From assembly GCF_003334305.1 (NCBI RefSeq), contig NZ_QOWS01000001.1: a stretch of 64,000 bases of DNA. The stretch is one strand, 5' to 3'. This document shows positions 21,133-32,961 of this stretch, in pieces. The translations under genes and the position numbers were made by a program. The stretch is from Escherichia coli (lineage in GTDB: Bacteria; Pseudomonadota; Gammaproteobacteria; Enterobacterales; Enterobacteriaceae). How positions within the stretch are numbered: the stretch's first letter is position 1; each line of letters starts with the position of its first letter. The notes beneath the pieces are model-generated. The model ran no database searches, was not told the origin of the DNA, and worked only from the letters and a program-made list of their open reading frames with translations.

Positions 21133-21990
21133 ATGTATACCCTGAACTGGCAGCCGCCGTATGACTGGTCGTGGATGTTGGGATTTCTCGCCGCCCGTGC
21201 AGTGAGTGGTGTGGAAACGGTCGCGGACAGTTATTATGCCCGTAGTCTGGCGGTGGGCGAATATCGCGGCGTGGTGACTGCTATTCCGGATATAGCCCGC
21301 CATACTCTGCACATAAATTTAAGTGCAGGTTTAGAACCCGTTGCCGCTGAGTGTCTGGCGAAAATGAGCCGCCTGTTTGATCTGCAATGTAACCCGCAGA
21401 TTGTTAACGGTGCGTTGGGCAAGTTAGGCGCGGCGCGGCCCGGATTGCGTTTACCCGGCTGTATTGATGCTTTTGAGCAGGGTGTGCGGGCGATTTTAGG
21501 CCAACTGGTGAGCGTGGCGATGGCGGCAAAATTGACTGCCAAAGTTGTACAGCTTTATGGCGAACGGCTGGATGATTTTCCGGAGTATATCTGCTTCCCC
21601 ACGCCTCAGCGGCTGGCAGCAGCCGACCCGCAGGCATTAAAAGCGTTAGGCATGCCGTTGAAACGGGCAGAGGCACTGATTCATCTGGCAAATGCGGCGC
21701 TGGAGGGCAGCTTACCAATGACAATTCCGGGCGATGTGGAGCAGGCGATGAAAACGCTGCAAACTTTTCCGGGTATCGGGCGCTGGACGGCGAATTATTT
21801 CGCTTTGCGTGGCTGGCAGGCGAAAGATGTTTTTCTGCCGGATGATTATCTGATTAAACAGCGATTTCCGGGGATGACACCGGCACAAATCCGCCGTTAT
21901 GCCGAGCGCTGGAAGCCCTGGCGTTCTTATGCGCTGTTGCATATCTGGTATACGGAAGGCTGGCAACCAGACGGAACGGACGAATTGTAG
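21133..21990 (+). CDS. alkA: 3-methyladenine DNA glycosylase II AlkA
   Basis: 285 aa; AAGGAG RBS; HhH-GPD glycosylase family (FPGIGRWTANYFALRG). Confidence 0.95.
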   Translation: MYTLNWQPPYDWSWMLGFLAARAVSGVETVADSYYARSLAVGEYRGVVTAIPDIARHTLHINLSAGLEPVAAECLAKMSRLFDLQCNPQIVNGALGKLGAARPGLRLPGCIDAFEQGVRAILGQLVSVAMAAKLTAKVVQLYGERLDDFPEYICFPTPQRLAAADPQALKALGMPLKRAEALIHLANAALEGSLPMTIPGDVEQAMKTLQTFPGIGRWTANYFALRGWQAKDVFLPDDYLIKQRFPGMTPAQIRRYAERWKPWRSYALLHIWYTEGWQPDGTDEL

Positions 21991-22011
21991 GCCTGATGCG
22001 TCGCATCAGGC
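21991..22011. repeat. REP-like palindromic element between convergent alkA and dgcE
   Basis: GCCTGATGCG/CGCATCAGGC inverted repeat. Confidence 0.5.
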
Positions 22012-22028
22012 AATGGGCAAACGCTCCC

Positions 22029-25000
22029 TCAGTTAATCGCGAAATAACTGCTATTCACCAGCAAATCCAGCGGTTGGGCATCGGCAATCACATCACCATA
22101 AATCAGATCGACGCCGATGCCAGAAAGCGTATCCATCACTAAGGGTAAAACGACTGGCCCGGCGATGGTTTTCATCCCGAGTCGCTGAGCGTGCCCCTGA
22201 ATAATCGTAATCAGCATCTCATCCATCAAATTACCCTGCACGTTGGCGCATAACTCACCATCAAGTAGCAGGTAATCTGCCATATTCGCTTTCAGCGAGT
22301 TGAAGATTTGCAGATCGCGGCCCACCTGGCTGAGCACTATCCGACATCCCGCCAGCCGCAGTTTTTGCACGCTTTCTGCGTGATCTAAAATCGCGTCTGC
22401 CGGAATAATCAGATGTAATAACCGTGGTGGTAGAGGGCTATTTTCCAGCTGCTCAAGCAGATCATTCACCAGCGTGGCGCTACTCAAACCGGCAACGGAA
22501 AGGGGGAGGGCGATGCTTATGCCTTTACTGGCAACCGCTTTTGCGGCCAGCTGGAAAAATTCGTGGAATACCCGTCGGTCAAGAGCATGGCTAAGTGCCG
22601 GATCGCTGAAGCTACGACGAAATTTTTGTTCATCAATAATCTCGCCTTCGCAACTCCAGAGTTTAAGCGAAATCAGCCACAAATTACGCGCTTCTGGGAT
22701 CCGCGGCGAAGCGACACCGTGGGCCATCATCATCAACTGATTCTCTTTAATCATCCGCCACTGTTCATCAAGCGACATCGCCGCCCGTTCGCTATGTGCG
22801 GCAGCTTGCTGTGGTTCGTAAACCGTCACCCGGCCCCGTCCACCATTTTTGGAGGCATAACAGGCGATATCAGCCTGCGACATCACTTCTGCCGCCTGAT
22901 GATTGTTGTCATCAATCAAGGTAATCCCGGCACTGGCACCTACCCGATGCACACGGCCTTCCCATATAAAGTGATAGTCATTCACGGCACTGATAATGCG
23001 TGTAGCGATAAAACGCGCGCTTTCAACATTACAGTCTGGTAGCAGCAGACCAAATTCATCCCCACCGAGTCGCGCCAGCACGTCGCTGGAACGCAGCATA
23101 CTCAGCATCAACGACGCCAGTTCGCGCAGCAAAGCGTCGCCCGCCGCATGCCCGGCGCTGTCATTCACCGCTTTAAAGCGATCAAGATCGATAAACACCA
23201 GGGCATGTCGCTGATGTGTACTGTTTACCGTTTGCAGCAGCATACGCAGTTGCTTCTCAAAACTGGCGCGATTGGCGAGATGCGTCAGTGCATCATGGGA
23301 GGCGCTGTAGCTCAGCTGGCGCAGCATTTTGCGTGATTCGGTAACGTCCTGAATCACCAGAACCGAACCAATATTGCTGCCGTCCAGAGTACTTAACGGC
23401 GTAATACTGTAATGCACGTCGTAGCTGCCGCCGCTCCGGCAGTGCAACACCACATCTTGTTCAATCGCGGAACGTGAGGTGTCGGCACTGTAAATGTTCT
23501 CCATCAGGGGACCATTGTCGCCAAAGGTAATATGCAACACCGTCAGGAGCGGAACACCTAATGCTTCTTCCTGCGTCCAGCCGCTCATCTTCTCCGCCAC
23601 TGGATTCATAAAGGTAATTTTCATTGCCATATCAATACAGACCACGGCTTCGCCGATGGAGTCCAGCGTTATGTGCAGGCGCTCTTTTTCCTGAAACAAT
23701 GCCTCGTTAAGCTGTTTAACCTCAGTCATATCCATATTAATGCCGAGCAGGCGTTCGACTTCGCCTTCTTTATTCAGTACCCGGTTGGCGAGGGCGCGGA
23801 TATGGCGAATACCGTCTTTTACGGTAATGCGAAATTCCAGTTTAAAGGGCGAGCGTGATTGCAACGAATCACGAATCACTTTTTCGGCATGCTGGCGATC
23901 TTCCGGCAGCACGCACTCGTACCACACCTGCCAGTTCGGTTTGATATGTGGAGGAATTTCATACAGCTCGAACATCCGCTTATCCCAGCTAAAAATATTC
24001 GGCTTCAGCTCCCACTCCCAGATGCCAATCCCGCCCGCTTCGTTAGCCAGCGTGATGCGCTCCATCAGTTGCTGATTCACCTGTTCGGTGCGTTTTAGCT
24101 CGTTAATGTCTTCAATCTGAGCGATAAAATAGAGCGGCGTGCCATCCGTGTGGCGCACCAGTGAGACGGCAAGCAACGCCCAGACAACATCGCCATTACG
24201 GTTGTAGTAGCGTTTTTCCATTGAATAGGTGTTTATTTCACCGCTTATCAGCTTTTCAACCTGTTGGAGATCTTTATTGAGATCCTCCGGCCAGGTCAGT
24301 TGCTGAAAGGTGAGTCCGCGCAGCTCTTCCTGACTGTACCCGAGAAACTGGCAGAGCGCTTTGTTGGTTTGCAGCCATTGTCCCTCGGTGCCCACTAACG
24401 CCATACCGATAGCGGAATATTCCATGGCGTTCCGAAAACGGGTTTCGCTTTCGGAAATGTGTTTGCGTTCCGCACGAAAGGCATACATCACCATCGTCAT
24501 GATGTTGGCGGGCAGCAGGATCAGCAAAAACGGTAGCCACGGCATATGGCTCATCAGGTATGTACGCGGCGTAGCAAGCAGGGAGGGATCCGCGGCCATC
24601 ATCAGCGACACCATCATCACCGTGGTAAGGAAGATCAAAAAGGCTTCCATTCGTGGCAGGCGCACGGCGCTCCACATCAACAGCACAATAATGAAAGTAA
24701 AAGGCCACGGCAGATACAGCATCGAAAGCCAGCTTAACGTCAGTGTGATGGCTAACGTGAGCAGCGACTCAAAAAGCAACCGTGGGTTGCGATGGCGCAG
24801 CAGATAGTGTGGTTTAAATAACAATCCCAGCGGCACCAGTGCCAGAGCGCCGATGGATTCTGACAGTACCCATATCAAAAATGCCCTGAGAGGATCGTCT
24901 CCGGGCGTCAGCAGGACAACCAGAACACCCCCTAGCAGAGGCGGAACAATGGCGCTGCCGAATGCCAGACGCAGCCAGTCAGCCAGATTTTGCAAGGGGT

Positions 25001-25346
25001 TATACCACGGCAGCAATTTACGTAGCAGCACTGCCCCGACCACGGCTTCAACAATATTGATGGTCGTCCAGGTCATGTTCAGCGAGCTGGTGGAAAAAAG
25101 CAGGATGGATGCGGCGATATTTCCCAGCGAGCAGCTCAGCGCAATTCCCGGCCACATGCGCCCGGCATGGCGATAAAACGCCACCATCATGATGGACGTC
25201 GGGAACCACAGTGGGGCGAGTTGGGTGCCAAACTGCGAAAGCTCAAGCGAGAAAAGGGTAAAGATAAACGAGACTAAACCTAAACTGACCAGGTGAAGCA
25301 GCGGGTGGGGCAGGGCAATTAATACATGCTGTGATTGTTTGCTCAT
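22029..25346 (-). CDS. dgcE: Diguanylate cyclase DgcE (membrane domain, PAS, GGDEF, degenerate EAL)
   Basis: 1105 aa; N-terminal polytopic membrane region, PAS repeats, GGDEF motif (RLGGDEFG), C-terminal EAL-like domain. Confidence 0.95.
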   Translation of the reverse strand: MSKQSQHVLIALPHPLLHLVSLGLVSFIFTLFSLELSQFGTQLAPLWFPTSIMMVAFYRHAGRMWPGIALSCSLGNIAASILLFSTSSLNMTWTTINIVEAVVGAVLLRKLLPWYNPLQNLADWLRLAFGSAIVPPLLGGVLVVLLTPGDDPLRAFLIWVLSESIGALALVPLGLLFKPHYLLRHRNPRLLFESLLTLAITLTLSWLSMLYLPWPFTFIIVLLMWSAVRLPRMEAFLIFLTTVMMVSLMMAADPSLLATPRTYLMSHMPWLPFLLILLPANIMTMVMYAFRAERKHISESETRFRNAMEYSAIGMALVGTEGQWLQTNKALCQFLGYSQEELRGLTFQQLTWPEDLNKDLQQVEKLISGEINTYSMEKRYYNRNGDVVWALLAVSLVRHTDGTPLYFIAQIEDINELKRTEQVNQQLMERITLANEAGGIGIWEWELKPNIFSWDKRMFELYEIPPHIKPNWQVWYECVLPEDRQHAEKVIRDSLQSRSPFKLEFRITVKDGIRHIRALANRVLNKEGEVERLLGINMDMTEVKQLNEALFQEKERLHITLDSIGEAVVCIDMAMKITFMNPVAEKMSGWTQEEALGVPLLTVLHITFGDNGPLMENIYSADTSRSAIEQDVVLHCRSGGSYDVHYSITPLSTLDGSNIGSVLVIQDVTESRKMLRQLSYSASHDALTHLANRASFEKQLRMLLQTVNSTHQRHALVFIDLDRFKAVNDSAGHAAGDALLRELASLMLSMLRSSDVLARLGGDEFGLLLPDCNVESARFIATRIISAVNDYHFIWEGRVHRVGASAGITLIDDNNHQAAEVMSQADIACYASKNGGRGRVTVYEPQQAAAHSERAAMSLDEQWRMIKENQLMMMAHGVASPRIPEARNLWLISLKLWSCEGEIIDEQKFRRSFSDPALSHALDRRVFHEFFQLAAKAVASKGISIALPLSVAGLSSATLVNDLLEQLENSPLPPRLLHLIIPADAILDHAESVQKLRLAGCRIVLSQVGRDLQIFNSLKANMADYLLLDGELCANVQGNLMDEMLITIIQGHAQRLGMKTIAGPVVLPLVMDTLSGIGVDLIYGDVIADAQPLDLLVNSSYFAIN

Positions 25347-25663
25347 TACCGCTTTATCCGCAAGACCAGGTCGCCAGTATTCGTTTCTGTGTTTATGCTA
25401 GTACAAAAGTTTTACATTTTATATGCGAATTGCTCATAAAGTGACGTAAAGGCGGATAATTTGCGCAACTGCGTATAACATTTTTTACCTTACATAAAAC
25501 TGATCAACGTAATTTGCCACCGGGAATTCTTTGTCAACAATTAACTCTGAGCGCGCGGCAACGCTATTCGACTGGTATCAGACGGATGAAATCCCTATAA
25601 TTGCCGCGTTTGGCGCTTCGTCGCCCCCTTCCTAACATCCAGGTTAATCAGGTCGCTAAATAT

Positions 25664-26305
25664 ATGACTGATCAGTCTCATCAGTGCGTCATTATCGGTA
25701 TCGCTGGCGCATCGGCTTCCGGCAAGAGTCTTATTGCCAGTACCCTTTATCGTGAATTACGTGAGCAAGTCGGTGATGAACACATCGGCGTAATTCCCGA
25801 AGACTGCTATTACAAAGATCAAAGCCATCTGTCGATGGAAGAACGCGTTAAGACCAACTACGACCATCCCAGCGCGATGGATCACAGCCTGTTGCTTGAG
25901 CATTTACAAGCGTTGAAACGCGGCTCGGCAATTGACCTGCCGGTTTACAGCTATGTTGAACATACGCGTATGAAAGAAACGGTGACGGTTGAGCCGAAGA
26001 AGGTCATCATTCTCGAAGGCATTTTGTTGCTGACGGATGCGCGTTTGCGTGACGAACTTAACTTCTCCATTTTCGTTGATACCCCGCTGGATATCTGCCT
26101 GATGCGCCGCATCAAGCGTGACGTTAACGAGCGTGGGCGTTCAATGGATTCCGTGATGGCGCAATATCAAAAAACCGTGCGCCCGATGTTCCTGCAATTC
26201 ATTGAGCCTTCTAAACAATATGCGGACATTATCGTGCCGCGCGGCGGGAAAAACCGCATCGCGATCGATATATTGAAAGCGAAAATAAGTCAGTTCTTTG
26301 AATAA
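25664..26305 (+). CDS. udk: Uridine/cytidine kinase
   Basis: 213 aa from ATG at 25664 ([23 protein letters not shown]-loop); ORF-track start 25601 is an upstream extension. Confidence 0.95.
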
Positions 26306-26396
26306 GCTTGATAAATTGTGTACCGTTCAGTGATAACCTGGTATGCCCTTGACGTAATTGGCGTTAAGGGAGTGATGCGCGAAAGGAGAAAGTGCC

Positions 26397-26978
26397 ATGC
26401 GTCTGTGTGACCGAGATATTGAAGCCTGGCTTGATGAAGGCCGTTTGTCGATCAACCCACGTCCGCCAGTGGAGCGTATTAACGGCGCGACGGTGGATGT
26501 ACGCCTGGGCAATAAATTTCGTACCTTCCGTGGTCACACGGCAGCGTTTATCGATCTGAGCGGTCCCAAAGATGAAGTGAGCGCTGCGCTTGACCGCGTG
26601 ATGAGCGATGAGATCGTTCTCGACGAGGGCGAGGCGTTCTATCTTCACCCAGGAGAGCTGGCGCTGGCGGTGACGCTGGAGTCGGTGACGCTGCCAGCCG
26701 ATCTGGTGGGCTGGCTGGACGGGCGTTCCTCTTTGGCGCGTCTGGGGCTGATGGTGCACGTCACCGCGCACCGTATCGATCCGGGCTGGTCTGGTTGCAT
26801 TGTGCTGGAGTTCTACAACTCCGGTAAGCTGCCGCTGGCGCTGCGTCCGGGCATGTTAATTGGTGCGCTGAGCTTTGAGCCGCTTTCCGGCCCGGCGGCG
26901 CGACCTTACAACCGCCGTGAAGATGCGAAATATCGCAACCAGCAGGGCGCGGTAGCCAGCCGAATCGATAAAGACTAA
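26397..26978 (+). CDS. dcd: dCTP deaminase
   Basis: 193 aa; starts [12 protein letters not shown], dUTPase-like fold family. Confidence 0.95.
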
Positions 26979-26999
26979 TTCAGGCCCATTGAGGATACC

Positions 27000-28853
27000 A
27001 TGAGACGATTTCTGACGACGCTGATGATACTCCTGGTCGTGCTGGTGGCCGGGTTATCTGCGTTAGTGTTGCTGGTGAATCCGAATGATTTCCGCGACTA
27101 TATGGTCAAGCAAGTTGCTGCACGTAGCGGTTATCAATTGCAGCTCGACGGGCCACTGCGTTGGCACGTCTGGCCGCAGCTTAGTATCCTCTCCGGGCGA
27201 ATGTCTCTCACCGCCCAGGGCGCGAGCCAGCCACTGGTTCGCGCCGACAACATGCGTCTGGACGTGGCGCTTTTACCACTACTGAGTCATCAACTGAGCG
27301 TTAAGCAGGTGATGCTAAAAGGGGCAGTGATCCAACTGACGCCGCAGACGGAAGCGGTGCGCAGTGAAGACGCTCCGGTTGCACCACGCGACAATACCTT
27401 GCCGGATCTGTCAGACGATCGCGGATGGTCGTTTGATATATCCAGTCTTAAGGTGGCGGACAGCGTTCTGGTGTTCCAGCATGAAGATGACGAGCAGATG
27501 ACAATCCGCAATATCCGCCTGCAAATGGAACAAGATCCCCAACATCGTGGCTCATTTGAGTTCTTCGGGCGGGTTAATCGCGATCAGCGCGATCTCACGA
27601 TATCCCTTAACGGTACGGTAGATGCTTCTGATTATCCGGATGATTTAACGGCGGCTATTGAACAAATTAACTGGCAGTTGCAGGGTGCCGATTTACCAAA
27701 ACAAGGTATTCAGGGGCAAGGGAGTTTCCAGGCCCAGTGGCAGGAGTCACATAAACGCCTTTCATTTAACCAAATTAGTTTGACCGCCAATGACAGTACG
27801 CTGAGCGGGCAAGCACAGGTCACGCTGACAGAGAAACCGGAATGGCAGCTGAGACTGCAATTCCCGCAACTGAATCTTGACAACCTCATCCCGCTTAATG
27901 AAACAGCGAATGGTGAAAACGGTGCCGCGCAGCAGGGGCAGAGCCAATCAACGTTGCCGCGCCCGGTCATTTCTTCGCGTATTGATGAACCGGCATATCA
28001 GGGGCTGCAAGGCTTTACGGCTGATATTTTGTTGCAGGCCAGTAACGTGCGCTGGCGCGGAATGAATTTTACAGATGTTGCCACGCAAATGACCAACAAG
28101 TCGGGTTTGCTGGAAATTACTCAACTGCAGGGCAAGCTTAACGGTGGACAGGTTTCACTGCCGGGCACGCTGGACGCGACATCAATAAATCCGCGGATAA
28201 ACTTCCAGCCACGGCTGGAAAACGTTGAGATTGGTACCATTCTGAAGGCGTTTAACTATCCGATTTCGTTGACCGGAAAAATGTCACTGGCTGGTGATTT
28301 CTCCGGTGCTGACATAGATGCCGACGCATTCCGCCACAACTGGCAAGGACAGGCACATGTCGAAATGACCGACACGCGCATGGAAGGGATGAACTTCCAG
28401 CAGATGATTCAGCAAGCGGTAGAACGTAATGGTGGTGATGTGAAGGCCGCTGAAAACTTCGATAACGTGACGCGGCTTGACCGCTTTACCACCGATTTGA
28501 CGTTGAAGGATGGCGTCGTGACGTTAAACGACATGCAAGGTCAATCGCCTGTGCTGGCGCTGACAGGGGAAGGCATGTTGAATCTGGCAGATCAAACCTG
28601 CGACACCCAGTTTGATATTCGGGTCGTGGGTGGCTGGAACGGGGAAAGTAAACTGATTGATTTCCTCAAAGAAACGCCAGTACCGCTGCGGGTTTATGGC
28701 AACTGGCAGCAACTCAATTACAGTCTGCAAGTGGATCAGTTACTGCGCAAACATCTACAGGACGAAGCGAAACGTCGTCTGAATGACTGGGCCGAGCGGA
28801 ATAAAGATTCCCGCAATGGCAAAGATGTGAAGAAGTTGCTGGAGAAGATGTAG
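27000..28853 (+). CDS. asmA: AsmA outer membrane assembly protein (AsmA-like family)
   Basis: 617 aa; N-terminal signal anchor; matches AsmA. Confidence 0.95.
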   Translation: MRRFLTTLMILLVVLVAGLSALVLLVNPNDFRDYMVKQVAARSGYQLQLDGPLRWHVWPQLSILSGRMSLTAQGASQPLVRADNMRLDVALLPLLSHQLSVKQVMLKGAVIQLTPQTEAVRSEDAPVAPRDNTLPDLSDDRGWSFDISSLKVADSVLVFQHEDDEQMTIRNIRLQMEQDPQHRGSFEFFGRVNRDQRDLTISLNGTVDASDYPDDLTAAIEQINWQLQGADLPKQGIQGQGSFQAQWQESHKRLSFNQISLTANDSTLSGQAQVTLTEKPEWQLRLQFPQLNLDNLIPLNETANGENGAAQQGQSQSTLPRPVISSRIDEPAYQGLQGFTADILLQASNVRWRGMNFTDVATQMTNKSGLLEITQLQGKLNGGQVSLPGTLDATSINPRINFQPRLENVEIGTILKAFNYPISLTGKMSLAGDFSGADIDADAFRHNWQGQAHVEMTDTRMEGMNFQQMIQQAVERNGGDVKAAENFDNVTRLDRFTTDLTLKDGVVTLNDMQGQSPVLALTGEGMLNLADQTCDTQFDIRVVGGWNGESKLIDFLKETPVPLRVYGNWQQLNYSLQVDQLLRKHLQDEAKRRLNDWAERNKDSRNGKDVKKLLEKM

Positions 28854-28877
28854 GTTACCAGGTGACCTGTCCTGTAG

Positions 28878-28910
28878 GCCTGATAAGACGCGTAAAGCGT
28901 CGCATCAGGC
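28878..28910. repeat. REP element between convergent asmA and yegH
   Basis: GCCTGATAAGACGCG...CGTCGCATCAGGC palindrome. Confidence 0.5.
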
Positions 28911-29128
28911 GTTCGCGGCGGCACTATTATATTCTGAATATGTAAGATCGAAGGCTGTTCCGTTCACACTTGATGTTCCTCGCTACTATGGAACGCTCAA
29001 GCCGGTGAACGTGCCAGGGTGGCTCAATCGCTATCACCCTGGCAACCCGGGCTCCCGGCGGTAAATCGCCGCTGGCGCGGTTCCCTCATCTTATTCCTTT
29101 CGGCTATCGGGTAAAATGACCGATACCA

Positions 29129-30712
29129 TCACACCTCGTACTCCATCTCGCCATCCTTACGCAGCGGTATAATCTGCACCTTCTGCACGCGATGGCTTTC
29201 TACCTGCAACGTTTTAAGCAAATAATCCCCCACCTGAACTTCTTCGCCAGGTTTTGGAATACGCTGCAAATACTCCATCAACAGCCCGGCAATGGTGTGA
29301 TATTCACGTTTTTCATCCAGCGGCAGCGGCACATATTGCACCAGATCTTCCAGCGGCATATGACCATTCGCCGTCCAGGAACCGTCCGCATTCTTCTGAA
29401 TATCATGGCGGGCGTCGATCTCTTCCACTTCGTTCGGTAAGTTACCGGCAATGGTTTCAGTGACGTCACTTAATGTCACAATCCCTTCCACCGAGCCAAA
29501 CTCATCCACCACAAAAGCAAAGTGTGTGCGGGCATTACGGAACTGCTCCAGGGCAGGTAACAACGGCAAGGTTTCCGGGAACACCAGTGGCTGGCGAATC
29601 AACACCCGCAGGTTGAGCGGTTCGCCACGCAGTGACTGTTGTAGCAGGTCGATAACGTGAACAACACCGAGCAAATCTTCTGCGTCATCACCGTCGGTAA
29701 CCACCAGCCGCGTATGCTGATTTCGCTCCAGCAACTGGCGGATTTCTTCTTCCGGCGCGTTGAGATCGATATGCTCAATATCGTGGCGCGACGTCATAAT
29801 GCTGCTGACGGTACGCTGGTTAAGATTAAGTACCCGCTCAATCATCCGCCGTTCCTGCGGATTAAAGATCTGCTGGTTACCATGATCCACCAGCATGGAC
29901 GCGGTTTCGGCGTCCAGTTCCGCATCTTCTTTTTGCCCGCTAAGCAGGCGCATTACCGCTTCGGTAGTCCGCTGGCGCAGCGTCTGGTTAGCGGAAAGAA
30001 AACGTCGCCGGTTAAAGATAGCCAACTGATTGAGCGCCTCGATCATCACCGAGAAGCCAATGGCGGCGTACAGGTAGCCTTTCGGAATGACGAAGCCGAA
30101 ACCTTCTGCCACCAGGCTAAAGCCAATCATCAACAGGAAGCTTAAGCAGAGAATAACGATGGTCGGGTGACTGTTAACAAATTGCGTTAACGGCTTGCTG
30201 GCCATCAGCATTAGGCTGATAGCGATAACGACGGCGGCCATCATGACCAGTAAATGGTCGACCATCCCGACGGCGGTAATCACCGAGTCGAGTGAGAAGA
30301 TGGCGTCCAGCACCACAATTTGCGTCACCACGCCCCAGAACTTCGCACCTTTGCGTTGTGTGGGATTATTGCTGTCTTTCCCTTCCAGCCGTTCGTTCAG
30401 CTCCATCGTGGCTTTGAACAACAGGAAGAAACCACCAAACAGCATGATTAAGTCGCGGGCGCTAAAGGTAAACGAGCGGAAGCTGAACAGCGGTTGAGTC
30501 AGGGTGACCAGCCAGGAGATTGACGCCAGCAGTAACAGGCGCATTAACATCGCCAGCAGCAGCCCGGTAACCCGTGCGCGGTCGCGCTGCTTCGGCGGTA
30601 GTTTTTCGGCGAGGATGGCAATAAAGACCAGGTTATCAATGCCGAGGACCAGTTCGATCACAATCAGCGTGATTAACCCGGCCCAGATAGACGGATCGGC
30701 AATCCATTCCAT
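29129..30712 (-). CDS. yegH: Inner membrane protein YegH (TerC-like membrane domain + CBS pair + CorC/HlyC transporter-associated domain)
   Basis: 527 aa from ATG at 30712 ([10 protein letters not shown]...); ORF-track start 30778 is an extension. Confidence 0.9.
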   Translation of the reverse strand: MEWIADPSIWAGLITLIVIELVLGIDNLVFIAILAEKLPPKQRDRARVTGLLLAMLMRLLLLASISWLVTLTQPLFSFRSFTFSARDLIMLFGGFFLLFKATMELNERLEGKDSNNPTQRKGAKFWGVVTQIVVLDAIFSLDSVITAVGMVDHLLVMMAAVVIAISLMLMASKPLTQFVNSHPTIVILCLSFLLMIGFSLVAEGFGFVIPKGYLYAAIGFSVMIEALNQLAIFNRRRFLSANQTLRQRTTEAVMRLLSGQKEDAELDAETASMLVDHGNQQIFNPQERRMIERVLNLNQRTVSSIMTSRHDIEHIDLNAPEEEIRQLLERNQHTRLVVTDGDDAEDLLGVVHVIDLLQQSLRGEPLNLRVLIRQPLVFPETLPLLPALEQFRNARTHFAFVVDEFGSVEGIVTLSDVTETIAGNLPNEVEEIDARHDIQKNADGSWTANGHMPLEDLVQYVPLPLDEKREYHTIAGLLMEYLQRIPKPGEEVQVGDYLLKTLQVESHRVQKVQIIPLRKDGEMEYEV

Positions 30713-31153
30713 AGTAAGTACAAAACCTATTCGTTGTATGACAAATGTCACAATTCGATCATGGATAAATCGGGGCAAAAATGCAATGTTGCAGCACTAT
30801 TTATCTCATATTATTTGAGGGTAATAACCTCACATTATCCCTGAATTAAAAGGGGTAATAATAAAACATTATTTAAGAAATATCGCATGTGGAGACGCAA
30901 TATTAAATATTGTCAACCTAAAGAAACTCCTAAAAACCATATTGAATGACACTTAATATAATTCTTAAAAATAGCCAATTGCCGAATTGTTACCTTGCCT
31001 GCTATTCCGTTAGCTGTAACACTTCCTCCTGCATTATTGGAGAGCCAATATTCAATTACCATAATGTCACCTTATATTCGGAAGTTAATTTCCGTAATAA
31101 CCCTTTCTCATCAACGATTGTATGCAGAGAGGGTTTGAAAAATTAAGCTAAAT

Positions 31154-31192
31154 CAGTGTATTGGTAGCTAAAAAGCCAGGGGCGGTAGCGTG
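31154..31192 (+). promoter_or_regulatory. JUMPstart element with ops site (GGCGGTAGCGTG) in the wza 5' leader; RfaH-dependent antitermination signal
   Basis: CAGTGTATTGGTAGCTAAAAAGCCAGGGGCGGTAGCGTG seen at 31154-31192, about 180 bp upstream of wza. Confidence 0.75.
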
Positions 31193-31370
31193 TCTGGATG
31201 CCTGAAAGACCAGTCTGAATTATTCTGTCAATAGCCTGCGGATGAAATCAATTTTTTTAGGACTGATGCCAGTTAAATTTTTATTCAATTAACTGCAAGG
31301 TAAATGTGCATGGCGACATTGCTATTAATAGTGCACAGGATAATTACTCTGCCAAAGTGATAAATAAACA

Positions 31371-32510
31371 ATGATGAAATCCAAAATGAAATTGATGCCA
31401 TTATTGGTGTCAGTAACCTTGATAAGCGGTTGCACAGTACTTCCGGGCAGCAATATGTCGACGATGGGCAAAGACGTCATCAAACAGCAGGACGCTGATT
31501 TCGATCTCGACAAAATGGTGAATGTTTATCCGCTGACCCCGCGCCTGATTGACCAATTACGCCCACGCCCGAATGTAGCGCGCCCCAATATGACGCTGGA
31601 AAGCGAGATCGCGAATTACCAGTATCGCGTCGGGCCGGGGGACGTTCTTAATGTCACCGTCTGGGATCACCCGGAACTCACCACGCCAGCCGGTCAGTAC
31701 CGCAGCTCCAGCGACACCGGCAACTGGGTACAGCCTGACGGCACTATGTTTTACCCGTATATCGGCAAGGTTCACGTAGTTGGGAAAACGCTCGCTGAAA
31801 TCCGCAGTGATATTACCGGGCGCTTAGCGACGTACATCGCTGACCCGCAGGTGGACGTTAATATCGCCGCCTTCCGCTCACAAAAGGCCTATATCTCCGG
31901 ACAGGTGAATAAATCCGGCCAACAGGCGATCACCAACGTGCCACTGACCATTCTCGACGCCATCAACGCCGCAGGTGGCCTGACCGACACCGCTGACTGG
32001 CGCAACGTGGTGTTAACACACAATGGTCGTGAAGAACGCATTTCTTTGCAGGCGCTGATGCAAAATGGCGACCTCAATCAGAACCGACTGCTTTACCCCG
32101 GCGATATTCTCTATGTGCCGCGTAATGATGATCTGAAAGTATTTGTGATGGGTGAAGTGAAGAAACAGAGCACCCTGAAAATGGACTTTAGCGGCATGAC
32201 CCTGACTGAAGCTCTGGGCAATGCCGAAGGTATCGACATGACCACCTCCAACGCCAGCGGCATCTTTGTCATTCGTCCGCTGAAAGGCGAGGGTGGGCGT
32301 AACGGCAAGATTGCCAATATCTACCAGCTGGATATGTCCGATGCGACGTCGCTGGTGATGGCGACAGAATTCCGCCTGCAACCTTATGACGTGGTGTATG
32401 TCACCACCGCCCCGGTTTCCCGCTGGAACCGTCTGATCAATCAGTTGCTGCCAACTATTAGCGGTGTCCGTTACATGACGGATACAGCCAGCGACATTCA
32501 TAACTGGTAA
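31371..32510 (+). CDS. wza: Outer membrane polysaccharide export lipoprotein Wza
   Basis: 379 aa; lipobox LISGC; matches Wza. Confidence 0.95.
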   Translation: MMKSKMKLMPLLVSVTLISGCTVLPGSNMSTMGKDVIKQQDADFDLDKMVNVYPLTPRLIDQLRPRPNVARPNMTLESEIANYQYRVGPGDVLNVTVWDHPELTTPAGQYRSSSDTGNWVQPDGTMFYPYIGKVHVVGKTLAEIRSDITGRLATYIADPQVDVNIAAFRSQKAYISGQVNKSGQQAITNVPLTILDAINAAGGLTDTADWRNVVLTHNGREERISLQALMQNGDLNQNRLLYPGDILYVPRNDDLKVFVMGEVKKQSTLKMDFSGMTLTEALGNAEGIDMTTSNASGIFVIRPLKGEGGRNGKIANIYQLDMSDATSLVMATEFRLQPYDVVYVTTAPVSRWNRLINQLLPTISGVRYMTDTASDIHNW

Positions 32511-32515
32511 TCGTC

Positions 32516-32959
32516 ATGTTTAACAACATCTTAGTTGTCTGTGTCGGCAATATTTGCCGTTCCCCGACGGCGGAACGCTTACTGCAACGTTATCACCCGG
32601 AACTGAAAGTGGAGTCCGCTGGACTCGGCGCGCTGGTCGGTAAGGGCGCAGATCCTACCGCTATCAGCGTCGCCGCAGAACATCAACTGTCTCTGGAAGG
32701 CCACTGTGCACGACAAATCAGCCGTCGCCTGTGTCGCAACTATGACCTGATTTTGACCATGGAAAAGCGCCATATCCAACGCTTATGCGAGATGGCACCG
32801 GAGATGCGCGGCAAAGTGATGCTGTTTGGTCACTGGGATAACGAATGTGAAATCCCCGATCCGTATCGCAAAAGCCGGGAAACGTTTGCAGCGGTGTACA
32901 CATTACTTGAACGGTCTGCCCGCCAGTGGGCGCAGGCATTGAACGCAGAGCAGGTATAA
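32516..32959 (+). CDS. wzb: Low-molecular-weight protein-tyrosine phosphatase Wzb
   Basis: 147 aa; CX5R active-site loop (CVGNICRS). Confidence 0.95.
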   Translation: MFNNILVVCVGNICRSPTAERLLQRYHPELKVESAGLGALVGKGADPTAISVAAEHQLSLEGHCARQISRRLCRNYDLILTMEKRHIQRLCEMAPEMRGKVMLFGHWDNECEIPDPYRKSRETFAAVYTLLERSARQWAQALNAEQV

Positions 32960-32961
32960 GA

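Noticed and set aside
22474-24807. Several ORFs antisense to dgcE
   Set aside because: Embedded in the 1105-aa dgcE reading frame; no independent coding signal.
25601-32961. Upstream in-frame extensions of udk (25601), yegH (to 30778) and wzc (32926) in the ORF track
   Set aside because: Known N-termini (MTDQSHQ for Udk, MEWIADPS for YegH, MTEKVKQ for Wzc) correspond to internal ATGs; the extensions arise from GTG/TTG or upstream ATG codons reported by the ORF finder.
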